A stretch of 32,000 nucleotides of DNA, taken from the NCBI RefSeq assembly GCF_000284115.1, contig NC_017080.1, forward strand, positions 3,750,001 to 3,782,000, given 5' to 3'. A program made the translations under genes and the position numbers. The notes under the pieces are model-generated. The model was not told the origin of the DNA. It searched no databases and saw only the letters and a program-made list of their open reading frames with translations. Source of the stretch: Phycisphaera mikurensis NBRC 102666. Lineage in GTDB: Bacteria > Planctomycetota > Phycisphaerae > Phycisphaerales > Phycisphaeraceae. Below, piece after piece: positions 1 to 8,190 of the stretch (position 1 is its first letter; every line of letters starts with the position of its first letter).

Positions 1-390
1 TTCAGCCGCGTCGTCGCGCAGCTGCCCAGCTTCGACCAGGACCTCTCGGCCTTCGCGTCGTTCGACCTGGAGATCGAGCTCGCCGCCGGGTCGACGGGCA
101 TCGACAGCGTCTCGTCCTTCATCCAGACCGGGCCCGCCTTCACCTTCGAGCAGTCGGCCGCCGTGTCGCTCAGCCCCGGCGTGGCCGTGCCGGTCTCGCT
201 GGACTTCTCCGGCACCACCGGCGACCTCACCGCCGTCCGGCAGATCGGCCTGCAGTTCTTCGGCCCCGGCGGCGCCGCCGCGCCCGGCCAGGTCATCACG
301 ATCCGCCCGATCCCCGAGCCCGCCTCGCTGGCGACGCTGGGCGTCCTCGGCGGTGCGGCGTTGCTGCGTCGCCGGCGCCGCGGAGCCTGA
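1..390 (+). CDS. PEP-CTERM-tailed secreted protein, C-terminal part (5' end lies outside the window)
   Basis: Frame 1 is open from base 1 to TGA at 388-390. The C-terminus [29 protein letters not shown] has a PEP motif, a hydrophobic helix and an Arg cluster, which is the PEP-CTERM/exosortase sorting-signal architecture. Confidence 0.75.
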   Translation, partial: FSRVVAQLPSFDQDLSAFASFDLEIELAAGSTGIDSVSSFIQTGPAFTFEQSAAVSLSPGVAVPVSLDFSGTTGDLTAVRQIGLQFFGPGGAAAPGQVITIRPIPEPASLATLGVLGGAALLRRRRRGA

Positions 391-554
391 CCGTCCGCTT
401 CCCTGAGGGTCCCACCCGGCCCGCACCCGTTCGCCGTCGGCAAACGCCGCCGGCGCACCCTCGCCCCGCTCCCGTCCGCGTCCGCTTGTGCTCAAGCGGC
501 CAACCCCGCTCCCCCCGGCGCGCCTCCGCGGCGCGCCGCAGCCGCCGCTGTCCC

Positions 555-3500
555 ATGCGCCCCACCGCCCTGCTCCCTCGCGTCCTCGTCGCTCTGGCCG
601 CCGCCGGTCCCGTCGCGGCCGGCCCGGCTCTTCAAGCCACCGAGCCCGCCTTCGGCTGGGTGCCCGGCGTCCGCCTCGGCGGCGAGACCGTCTTCGACGA
701 GCTGAACCTCCGGCTCAACGAGGCCGGGGGCGGGGCGAGCCTGCTCCGCTTCCAGAACGCCACGGCGGACGCGGGCTCGACCGCCGCGGCACAGGCGAGC
801 GGACGTCTCCTCGACGCCGACGCCCGCTTCACCTGGTCGCTGGAGCGTGAGGCCGGGCCCGGCCTGCTGGACGGCCTGCGGATCCACCAGGCCATCGTGC
901 CCGGCGAAGACTTCCGCCGCGGCGACACCGTCACCCGCCTGCTGGTCCCCGCGGGGCTCGTCGCGGGCCGCCCGTGGCGGAAGGGCAACGGGGCCAACGA
1001 GGCCGGGGCCTTCCCGGAGTCGAAGCCGAGCGACGGGCACGTGCTGCTGGAGGGCTCGTCGGAGTGGATCGCCTGGCAGCTGCCCGATGCCCGATGGATC
1101 CGCGTCCGACCGGACGCGCCGTCGGTCATGCGGTGGCAGCTGCAGGACAACCGGGTCTTCGACGACGATCGTTTCGAGCTGCAGCTGTACGGCCGTGGCG
1201 GCGGCGGCATCGCGGCGGCCGGGACGCCCATCGACGTGCGCTACACGATCGACCTGATGGACGACGCGGCGCTGCAAGCCGCTTACGCCGCGCCGCCCGA
1301 AGCGCCGGCCGTCGACCGCGGCCCCGGCGTCGCGATGCTCGTGGGCGAAGGCCCGGCCGGGTTCCGGGGCCTCGAGCGGCTCGCCGGTGCCGACGCGGTG
1401 GCCGACCTCGTCGAGTTCCGCATCGACCTCGACGCCGACTACCAGAACCCCTTCGACCCGGAGGACGTGCGGCTCGACGCCGAGATCACCGGTCCCGACG
1501 GGCGAACCCGCACCGTGCCCGCCTTCTTCCAGGTCGGGTACGAGCGTGCGCTGCGCGGCGACGAGGAGGTGCTCATCGGCACCGGCGAGCACGGCTGGCG
1601 GCTTCGCTTCCGCCCGGACCGTCCCGGCACCCACAGCCTGCGGCTGAGCCTCGACGACGGCGAGAACGCGGTCCGCTCCACGCCGACGACCTTCCACGTG
1701 GACGGCCCCTTCACCCGCGCCGCGTTCATCCGCATCAGCCCCGAAAACCGCTTCGCCTTCGCCACCGCCGGCGGAGAGCCCTACGTGCCCATCGGCCTCA
1801 ACACCGCGTGGCCCGGCAGCGGCGGCACGCACGCGTACGACCGCTGGTGGGCGGACCTCGCCGACCACGGCGGCAACTTCGCGCGGATCTGGCTCGCCCC
1901 GACCTTCAACCGGCTCGGGCTGGAGCGTCCCGAGAAGGAGGGCGTGCCCTCCTCCGGCGTCGGGCGCATCGACCAGCAGGCCGCGGCCCGCGTCGACTAC
2001 CTGATGGAGCTCGCGGAGGCGAGAGGCATCCGCGTGATGATGTGCATCGAGAGCTTCGGCAACTTCCGCTCGGAAGCCAGCGGCTCCGGGCAGTGGTACG
2101 ACAGCCCCTACAACGCGGCGCACGGCGGACCGCTGACGCGGCCGCAGGAGGTGTTCACCGACGCGGAGGCGCAGCGGCTGTTCCGCAACCGGCTCCGCTA
2201 CCTCGTCGCCCGCTGGGGCCACAGCACCTCGGTGTTCGCTTGGGAGTTCTGGAACGAGGTCCTCTACACCGACGGCTACGAGCAGATGCTGCCGGAGATC
2301 ACCCGCTGGCACGCGGAGATGGCGGACTACCTCGGGCGGATCGATCCTTACGACCACCTCGTGACGACCAGCATCGGCGGCTCGGACGTCGACCCCGGCA
2401 TCGACGCGCTGCCCGGGATCGACCTCACGCAGAGCCACCTGTACGGCGTCGAGGACATCCCCGCCGCCATCCGCAGCGTCGCGTGGAGCAAGGCGGCACG
2501 CTTCGACAAGCCGCACCTCTTCGGCGAGTTCGGCACCGCGCAGGACCCGGAGGTCGTCAACGAGGACCCCGAAGGCCTGCACCTCCGCGAGATGCTCTGG
2601 TCGGCGATCTTCTCGCCGACGCCCGGCACGGCCATGGCGTGGTGGTGGGACCACTGGATCGAGCCCAACGATCTCTGGCACCTCTACGGGCCCGTCGCCG
2701 CCTTCACCGACGGCTTCGACGCGGCCGCCGGGGAGCTGCGTCAGGCCGACGGCACCGGCTTTGCGTTCCTCGGCCCGCCGCCGGCGCCCGACCCGGCGGT
2801 CGTCTCGGTCCGCGGCGGCTTCAAGAGCTGGAGGCCGAGCCCCTGGAACCAGCCCACGACCGTCGACGTGCACCCCGACGGCGGCTTCGAGGCCTCCAAC
2901 GACCTCGCCAGCGTGATGCACGGGGCGAACCACGAAGCCCTGCGTAACCCCGTGACGTTCAACGCGGAGTACCTCGCCGACGGCGTGTTCACCGTCGACG
3001 TGCAGGCGGTCTCCGGCCACGGCGGCGCCCACCTGAAGGTGTACGTCGACGGGACGCTGCGGCTGGACGCGCCCTTCCCCGACCCCGACGGCGACGGCGA
3101 CGCGGCCGCCGCCGACACCCAGCCGCTCGAGCAGCACAACGGCCGCTACAGCGTGCCGGTGCAGAAGGGTGCCCGCGAGATCGTCGTCGTCAACGACGGG
3201 CAGGACTGGATGACGCTCGCGTACGAGCTTGAAGGCGTGAACCTCCGCCAGCACCCGTGGCTCGTGGCCCACACCCTGGTCTCCGACGCCGCGCCCGCCG
3301 GCACGCCCGCGGTGCTCGGCTGGGTCCGCAGCCGCGAGGCCCGCTGGACGAACCGGCTCGCCGGAGCCGAGATCCGCCCGTGCCCCGCCAGCCGCCTGAC
3401 CCTGAGCGGGCTGCGGGACGGCGACTACGCCCTGGTCTGGATCGACACCGCGGACGGAGGCCGTTCCGGAGGCGGAACCGTCGCGGTCCGCGGCGGGACG

Positions 3501-3617
3501 GCGGAGATCGACCTGCCGGAGGTGGAGGTCGACCTCGCCTTCCGGCTCACCGCGGCGCCGGGGGCCGGCCCCCACCGCGACTCCCGAAGCTCCGGGCCAC
3601 GCGGCCGGATCCCCTGA
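555..3617 (+). CDS. Secreted glycoside hydrolase: DUF5060-like N-terminal module plus GH5-type (cellulase-family) catalytic domain plus long uncharacterised C-terminal extension
   Basis: Lies in ORF 486..3617. ATG at 555 gives a signal-peptide-like start MRPTALLPRVLVALAAAGPVAAGPA. EFRIDLDADYQNPFDPEDVRLDAEITGPDGRTRTVPAFF resembles the DUF5060 Ig-like module. GH5-type motifs are NFARIWL, FAWEFWNEV (acid/base NE) and LFGEFG (nucleophile E). The last ~430 aa are beta-rich with no motif I recognise. The alternative start at 486 is less likely. Confidence 0.75.
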   Translation: MRPTALLPRVLVALAAAGPVAAGPALQATEPAFGWVPGVRLGGETVFDELNLRLNEAGGGASLLRFQNATADAGSTAAAQASGRLLDADARFTWSLEREAGPGLLDGLRIHQAIVPGEDFRRGDTVTRLLVPAGLVAGRPWRKGNGANEAGAFPESKPSDGHVLLEGSSEWIAWQLPDARWIRVRPDAPSVMRWQLQDNRVFDDDRFELQLYGRGGGGIAAAGTPIDVRYTIDLMDDAALQAAYAAPPEAPAVDRGPGVAMLVGEGPAGFRGLERLAGADAVADLVEFRIDLDADYQNPFDPEDVRLDAEITGPDGRTRTVPAFFQVGYERALRGDEEVLIGTGEHGWRLRFRPDRPGTHSLRLSLDDGENAVRSTPTTFHVDGPFTRAAFIRISPENRFAFATAGGEPYVPIGLNTAWPGSGGTHAYDRWWADLADHGGNFARIWLAPTFNRLGLERPEKEGVPSSGVGRIDQQAAARVDYLMELAEARGIRVMMCIESFGNFRSEASGSGQWYDSPYNAAHGGPLTRPQEVFTDAEAQRLFRNRLRYLVARWGHSTSVFAWEFWNEVLYTDGYEQMLPEITRWHAEMADYLGRIDPYDHLVTTSIGGSDVDPGIDALPGIDLTQSHLYGVEDIPAAIRSVAWSKAARFDKPHLFGEFGTAQDPEVVNEDPEGLHLREMLWSAIFSPTPGTAMAWWWDHWIEPNDLWHLYGPVAAFTDGFDAAAGELRQADGTGFAFLGPPPAPDPAVVSVRGGFKSWRPSPWNQPTTVDVHPDGGFEASNDLASVMHGANHEALRNPVTFNAEYLADGVFTVDVQAVSGHGGAHLKVYVDGTLRLDAPFPDPDGDGDAAAADTQPLEQHNGRYSVPVQKGAREIVVVNDGQDWMTLAYELEGVNLRQHPWLVAHTLVSDAAPAGTPAVLGWVRSREARWTNRLAGAEIRPCPASRLTLSGLRDGDYALVWIDTADGGRSGGGTVAVRGGTAEIDLPEVEVDLAFRLTAAPGAGPHRDSRSSGPRGRIP

Positions 3618-3677
3618 GCCGGCCGCGTGGCTGGTTGCGGCCCGCGGGCAGAGCGGTCGCGAGCATCCCTTGACGGG

Positions 3678-3691
3678 CGCCCCGCGGGGCG
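3678..3691. terminator. 14-nt perfect GC palindrome between convergent GH5 and GH2 genes; possible bidirectional terminator
   Basis: CGCCCCGCGGGGCG is self-complementary and lies between the stops at 3617 (+) and 3713 (-). There is no U-tract. Confidence 0.25.
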
Positions 3692-3712
3692 ACCCCGGGC
3701 GGGGGGGGGATC

Positions 3713-5491
3713 TCAGCTCCCGCTCAGCGCCGCGTGGATCTCCCGCAGGGTCTCCGCGGGGATCTTCTGCACGCGTCGGTCGTAGGTGAGCAGGCCGTTG
3801 ATCTCCTCCTCCACGTCGCTGGTCTGCGTGTAGATCCCGGCGGAGAGCCCGCGGCTGCGCAGCGCCGCGAGCTCCTCGATCGATGCGCGGTAGCGCGAGA
3901 CGAGCTCCTCACGATCGGCGGGGAGGTCGCCGTAACCCCAGTTCCGCGGGCCGAGGCTCCAGAGGTGGCCGTCGATCGGCAGGCCGTGCCCGCCGAACTC
4001 GCCGACGACCGCGACGAAGCCGGCCATCCGCGGGTCGTCGAAGTCGAAGTACGGCTCGGGGTAGCGGTGCGCGTCGGCGACGTCGCCGACGGGGAAGAAG
4101 TTGCCGCCGCTGGCGATGTTCAGGGCACGCGAGGGGTCCCGGGCGGCGGTCCAGGCGCCGACGCGCTCGGACGCGTGCTGGCCCCAGGCCTCGTTGAAGG
4201 GCACCCAGACGGCCACGCAGGGGTGGGCGTCGAGGTGGTCCACGAGCCCCGCCCACTGCTCCATCCAGAAGGCATGCTCGGGCTCGGGCCACGCGGCGTC
4301 GCCCCCCGGCTCCGGCACCGCGGCGTCCGGTCCCTGCCGGTGGGGGATCCACGCCGGGCTCGGCCCGCCGGAGGGCTGGTCCTGCCAGACCAGAATCCCC
4401 AAGCGGTCGCAGGCGGCGTAGAAGGCCTGCGGCTCGACCTTCACGTGCTTGCGGATCGTGTTGAAGCCGGCGGCCTTCGCGAACTCGACGTCGGAGACCA
4501 ACGCCTCCACCGAGGGCGGGCAGAGCAGCCCGTCGGGCCACCAGCCCTGGTCGAGCGGGCCGAAGTGCAGGAGCGGCTGCCCGTTGAGCGTGAGGCGGGG
4601 GCGGCCGGACGCGTCGGGGGCGGTGCCCAGCTCGCGGAGGCCGGTGTGCGAGGCGACGCGGTCGACGGCGGCGCCGTCGGCGTCGAGCAGCTCGACCCGC
4701 AGGGCGTAGAGGGTGGGCGTGTCCGGCGTCCACAGGCGGGGCGAGGGGATCTGCAGCGCGACCTCCCCGCCCGGCACGGTTGCCCCGGCGGAGGCCACCT
4801 CCGCTCCGCCGAGCAAGGCGGTGACGCGCAGGCGCAGGCTCCCCGGTGCAGCGGGCGTGCCGCCGAGTTTTGGTTCGACCGTCACCGCCCCGCTGCACGC
4901 CGCCCGCACGCTCAGCCGCTCGATGAAGGTGTCCGGCACCCACTCCAGCCACACGCTCTGCCAGATCCCCGACACCCGGCTGTAGTGGATGCGACCCGGC
5001 TGGAGCGTTTGCTTGCCCTTGAGCTGGAAGCCGCCGGTCGCGTCGCGCATCTCCACCCGCAGGCGGTTCTCGCCCGCGACGGCCGCCGCGGTGGCGTCGA
5101 AGCAGAAGGGCAGGTTCCCGCCGCGGTGCCCGCCGAGCGGTTGGTCGTTCAGCCAGACGGAGCAGTCGTGGTCGACGGCGTCGAAGTGGAGCCGGAGCCG
5201 CCCGTCCGGCGGCGCGTCGAGCGTGAAGCTCCGCCGACAGTGCAGCGTCTCGTCCGGACCCAGCGGCCGCTGCACGCCCGACAGCCGCGACTCGATGGGG
5301 AAGGGCACGCGGATCCTCCCGCTCCAGGCTTCGGGCGCGCCCGGGTCGCCGCCGGTCACCCGGCCCTCCCACCAGCCGTTCAGCGTCCGCCACCTCTCGC
5401 GCCGGAGCATCGGTCGCGGGTGGTCCGGCCAGGGGATCGCGTCGGGATCGGCGAGCAGGGCGTCGCCCCAGGCGGTGGTGAGCGTCGGCAT
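3713..5491 (-). CDS. Glycoside hydrolase family 2 (beta-galactosidase/beta-glucuronidase-like)
   Basis: 592-aa ORF starting at ATG (cat at 5489-5491). GH2-like motifs are LNGWWEGRV, IHYSRVSGIWQSVWLE, FNTIRKHVKVEPQAFYAACDRLGILVWQDQP and WVPFNEAWGQ (acid/base NE). Confidence 0.8.
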   Translation of the reverse strand: MPTLTTAWGDALLADPDAIPWPDHPRPMLRRERWRTLNGWWEGRVTGGDPGAPEAWSGRIRVPFPIESRLSGVQRPLGPDETLHCRRSFTLDAPPDGRLRLHFDAVDHDCSVWLNDQPLGGHRGGNLPFCFDATAAAVAGENRLRVEMRDATGGFQLKGKQTLQPGRIHYSRVSGIWQSVWLEWVPDTFIERLSVRAACSGAVTVEPKLGGTPAAPGSLRLRVTALLGGAEVASAGATVPGGEVALQIPSPRLWTPDTPTLYALRVELLDADGAAVDRVASHTGLRELGTAPDASGRPRLTLNGQPLLHFGPLDQGWWPDGLLCPPSVEALVSDVEFAKAAGFNTIRKHVKVEPQAFYAACDRLGILVWQDQPSGGPSPAWIPHRQGPDAAVPEPGGDAAWPEPEHAFWMEQWAGLVDHLDAHPCVAVWVPFNEAWGQHASERVGAWTAARDPSRALNIASGGNFFPVGDVADAHRYPEPYFDFDDPRMAGFVAVVGEFGGHGLPIDGHLWSLGPRNWGYGDLPADREELVSRYRASIEELAALRSRGLSAGIYTQTSDVEEEINGLLTYDRRVQKIPAETLREIHAALSGS

Positions 5492-5530
5492 CGGGGCAGC
5501 TTGACAAACCGACCGGCTCTACGATCCGGC

Positions 5531-6568
5531 ATGCAGGACCTCCTCATCGTCGGCGCGGGCCCCATCGGCATCGAGCTCGCCGCGGCGCTCACGCGCTCGG
5601 GCCTGAGCGTCGGCCACGTCGAGGCCGGGGCCCTCGCCCAGACCGTCGTCGACTACCCCAAGCGGACGCGCTACTTCTCCAGCCCCGACCGCATCGCGAT
5701 CGCGGGTGTGCCGCTGGTGACCTTCAACAACGAGAAGGCGCTGCGGGAGGAGTACCTCGCGTACCTGCGGGGCGTGGTGACCCGCTACGACCTGCCGATC
5801 GCGTACGGCGTGCGCGTCGAGGCGATCCGGCCCGTTCCCGAGGCCGACGGCGGTGGCTTCCGCGTCGAGACCTCCGCCGGCGTCCGCGAGGCCAAGCGGG
5901 TGGTGCTCGCGATCGGCGACATGCACGGCTTCCGCCGCATCGGCTGCCCGGGCGAGGACCTGCCGCACGTGAGCCACCGCCTCGACGAGCCGCACCTGCA
6001 CTTCCGGCGGCGGCTGCTGATCGTCGGCGGGAAGAACTCCGCCGCCGAGGCGGCGCTCCGCTGCCACCACGCGGGGGCGGAGGTGACGCTCTCCTACCGG
6101 CAGGCCGCCTTCGACGAGGACGCGATCAAGTATTGGGTTCTGCCCGAGCTCAAGGCGCTCATCCGCCACCGGAAGATCCACTTCCTGCCGAACACCGAGG
6201 TCGCCTCGCTGCACGAAGGCCACGCCGTGCTGCGCTCCAACGTGCAGGACCAGCAGACCCGCGTCCGCGCCGACAGCGTGCTGCTGCTCACCGGCTACGT
6301 GCAGGACAAGACGCTGTTCGAGACCGCCGGCGTCAGGCTCGAGGGCGAGAACCACGCGCCCGCGCTCGACAAAGACACAATGGAAACCAACGTCCCCGGC
6401 CTGTACGTCGCGGGGACCGCGGCGGCGGGCACGCAGAACGCGTTCCAGCTGTTCATCGAGAACTGCCACCGGCACGTGGAGAAGATCGTGCGGCACGTCA
6501 CGGGCGAGCCGGTGGCGGAGGGCGTGGTGAACCAGGCGGCGCAGACGTACGGGCTGGCGGAGAGTTGA
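5531..6568 (+). CDS. ypdA: YpdA-family FAD/NAD(P)-dependent disulfide oxidoreductase (bacillithiol-disulfide-reductase-like)
   Basis: Only the 3' third of ORF 3734..6568 is real; ATG at 5531 is in the same frame. It shares near-collinear blocks with B. subtilis YpdA as I recall it: LLIVGAGPIGIELAAAL, YPKRTRYFSSPDRIAIAG, GCPGEDLPHVSH, LLIVGGKNSAAEAAL, IKYWVLPELKALIRH, TMETNVPGLYVAGTAAAGTQNAFQLFIEN. Confidence 0.88.
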   Translation: MQDLLIVGAGPIGIELAAALTRSGLSVGHVEAGALAQTVVDYPKRTRYFSSPDRIAIAGVPLVTFNNEKALREEYLAYLRGVVTRYDLPIAYGVRVEAIRPVPEADGGGFRVETSAGVREAKRVVLAIGDMHGFRRIGCPGEDLPHVSHRLDEPHLHFRRRLLIVGGKNSAAEAALRCHHAGAEVTLSYRQAAFDEDAIKYWVLPELKALIRHRKIHFLPNTEVASLHEGHAVLRSNVQDQQTRVRADSVLLLTGYVQDKTLFETAGVRLEGENHAPALDKDTMETNVPGLYVAGTAAAGTQNAFQLFIENCHRHVEKIVRHVTGEPVAEGVVNQAAQTYGLAES

Positions 6569-6655
6569 GGGGCGCTGCGGGTCGGGTCGCTGCGCTCCAA
6601 CGCGAAGAAGGAGAAGGCGCGGTGGCCGCGAAAGGGGGCCGTGCGTGCTCCGGAT

Positions 6656-6701
6656 CCGCGGACCGTCGGCCCGCATGGCCGGATCCGGCGACGGTCCGCG
6701 G
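6656..6701. repeat. REP-like inverted-repeat hairpin, locus A (13-bp stem, 20-nt loop)
   Basis: CCGCGGACCGTCG (6656-6668) is the exact reverse complement of CGACGGTCCGCGG (6689-6701). It shares the GGATCCGCGGACCG core with four other loci. It lies ~90 nt downstream of the ypdA stop. Confidence 0.7.
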
Positions 6702-6720
6702 GTTCCGTGGCTCGCACGGT

Positions 6721-6743
6721 CTAGCAGGCCGCTGCAGAAACCC
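6721..6743. repeat. IS left terminal inverted repeat (includes junction CTAG)
   Basis: See the IS entry. It matches the reverse complement of 8138-8159. Confidence 0.85.
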
Positions 6744-6888
6744 ACTGCCGGATCGTTGGCTTGAGGCACGGGGGTTGTCTGCGAATTCGTCGGCCAGCGG
6801 CGGGTGATCCGCCGCATCGTCGGGGGATTTTCAGCCGCTCGAACGGCGGCAGCACGGTGGGATCACCCACCGATCCAGCCATCGGCCT

Positions 6889-8061
6889 CTACGCCGCCAT
6901 CAGGTTCCTCAGCCTCACCAGCGTCAGCCCCGCCGCGGCGATGTGCCACTGCTGTTGGATCCGCTTTCGACCCACCAGACGCGCCTTGCTCAAGAGTGCG
7001 TGGCTCTTCAACCAGCCAAACGGCTCCTCCACTTTCTTGCGTTTCCGCTGGCTGATCGCGTAGCCGCGGTCCCGCAGCTTCCGCCGGAAGTTGCGGAGCC
7101 TGGCCGCCAGTTTCGGCCGGTCCGCCTTCTTCGGCCCCCTCCGCCCGCCGGGCCGACGCTCGCGGCTGGGGGCAACGTGCGGGGTCGCCCCCCGGTCTTC
7201 GAGCTCGCGAAGAAACGCGCCGGCGTCGTAGCCGGCGTCGGCTCCGACCGTGCGGGCGCTGATCCCGTGGGTCGTCTTGAGCGTGTCGACCAGTTCCAGG
7301 GCCGTCTCCCGCTCAGCGAAGCCGTTGGCCTCGGAGAGCTTCATCCCCACGATGATGCCGCTGCGGTTGTCCACCAGCAGGTGGCCCATGTGCGAGAGCT
7401 TGGCGGGCTGGCCGTCGCCCTTGCGGTAGAGCTTGGCCTCCGGATCGGTCACGCTGCGGTGCGTGGCGTTGCTGCGCTTCTGGCCGTGGAAGTCTTGCTC
7501 GGGGTTGCGGCTCTTGAAGCCACCGGTGCCGCCGGGACCCTTGTCGTGGTCCTGATCGTCGCCGCCGCAGTGCTGCTTGCGGGCTTGAGCGGCATCGGCG
7601 GTGGCGTTGGGCACGAAGCTCTTGATGGAGCCGTGGCTCTCGATGAGCGTGCCGTCGACGCTGAAGTGCTCGGTGGAGACCTTGCCCGTGTCGATGGCCA
7701 GCTTGGTGACGGCGGTGAAGAACTTCTCGGCGAGCTTGTGCTTGATCAGCCGGTCGCGGTTGTGGGTGAAGGCGGTGGCGGCGGGGACCGGCTCGGCGGG
7801 GTCCATGCCGCAGAACCACCGGAACACCAGGTCGGTGTCGAGGCGGTCGAAGAGCTTGGCTTCGCTGGAGACGCCGTAGAGCGCCTGCAAGAGCATGAGC
7901 TTGAGCAGCCGCTCAGGCGGGACACCTGGGCGGCCCACGTCGGCGTAGGCCGCGTCGAAGTCGGCGGTCATGTCGCCGAGGATGCGGTCGACGATCCGGC
8001 GAATCGGCCGCAGCGGGTGGTCGGGGCGGATGCGTTCTTCGAGGTCGATCGCGAAGAACAT
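6889..8061 (-). CDS. IS5/IS1182-family DDE transposase
   Basis: ORF 6889..8091; the ATG at 8061 (MFFAIDLEERIRPDHPLRPIR...) is the likely start. The N-terminus is InsH/DUF772-like: PPERLLKLMLLQALYGVSSEAKLFDRLDTDLVFRWFCG. DDE-type blocks are HFSVDGTLIES, GADAGYDAGAF and KKVEEPFGWLK. Confidence 0.9.
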   Translation of the reverse strand: MFFAIDLEERIRPDHPLRPIRRIVDRILGDMTADFDAAYADVGRPGVPPERLLKLMLLQALYGVSSEAKLFDRLDTDLVFRWFCGMDPAEPVPAATAFTHNRDRLIKHKLAEKFFTAVTKLAIDTGKVSTEHFSVDGTLIESHGSIKSFVPNATADAAQARKQHCGGDDQDHDKGPGGTGGFKSRNPEQDFHGQKRSNATHRSVTDPEAKLYRKGDGQPAKLSHMGHLLVDNRSGIIVGMKLSEANGFAERETALELVDTLKTTHGISARTVGADAGYDAGAFLRELEDRGATPHVAPSRERRPGGRRGPKKADRPKLAARLRNFRRKLRDRGYAISQRKRKKVEEPFGWLKSHALLSKARLVGRKRIQQQWHIAAAGLTLVRLRNLMAA

Positions 8062-8137
8062 CGGGGACGAGGAAGCGACGCGGCCACGCATGAGAAGGCT
8101 CCTGAGGAAGAAGCCTCAGAAGTTAGCGCCATGGACA

Positions 8138-8159
8138 GGGTTTTGCAGCGGCCTGCTAG
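8138..8159. repeat. IS right terminal inverted repeat (includes junction CTAG)
   Basis: See the IS entry. Confidence 0.85.
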
Positions 8160-8190
8160 AGCCGTGCACCACCGCCGCGCCGGGACGGTG

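Larger units (their letters stand above)
6721..8159 (-). mobile_element. Intact IS5/IS1182-family insertion sequence (~1.43 kb) with terminal inverted repeats and CTAG at both junctions
   Basis: Left end is CTAGCAGGCCGCTGCAGAAACCC (6721-6743). The reverse complement of the right end (8138-8159) is CTAGCAGGCCGCTGCAAAACCC, so 22 positions match with one 1-nt indel. It carries a single DDE transposase ORF. It looks less GC-rich than the flanks by eye. CTAG at both ends fits either a 4-bp CTAG (IS5-type YTAR) or a 2-bp TA target duplication. Confidence 0.9.

Noticed and set aside
3448-3495. Partial copies of the REP-like core inside the GH5 coding region: CCGCGGAC at 3449-3456, CGCGGTCCGCGGC at 3482-3494, and also GGTCCGCGG at 2817-2825.
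   Set aside because: These are explained by the codon strings for Val-Arg-Gly-Gly (GTC CGC GGC GG). They lack the full 13-mer pair and the shared flank, so I did not count them as family members.
5501-5525. A perfect TTGACA hexamer 25 nt upstream of the ypdA ATG, with TACGAT downstream; a possible promoter giving a leaderless mRNA.
   Set aside because: The spacing between the hexamers is only 13 nt, and the promoter consensus for this lineage is unknown to me. It is a single occurrence and not strong enough to call.
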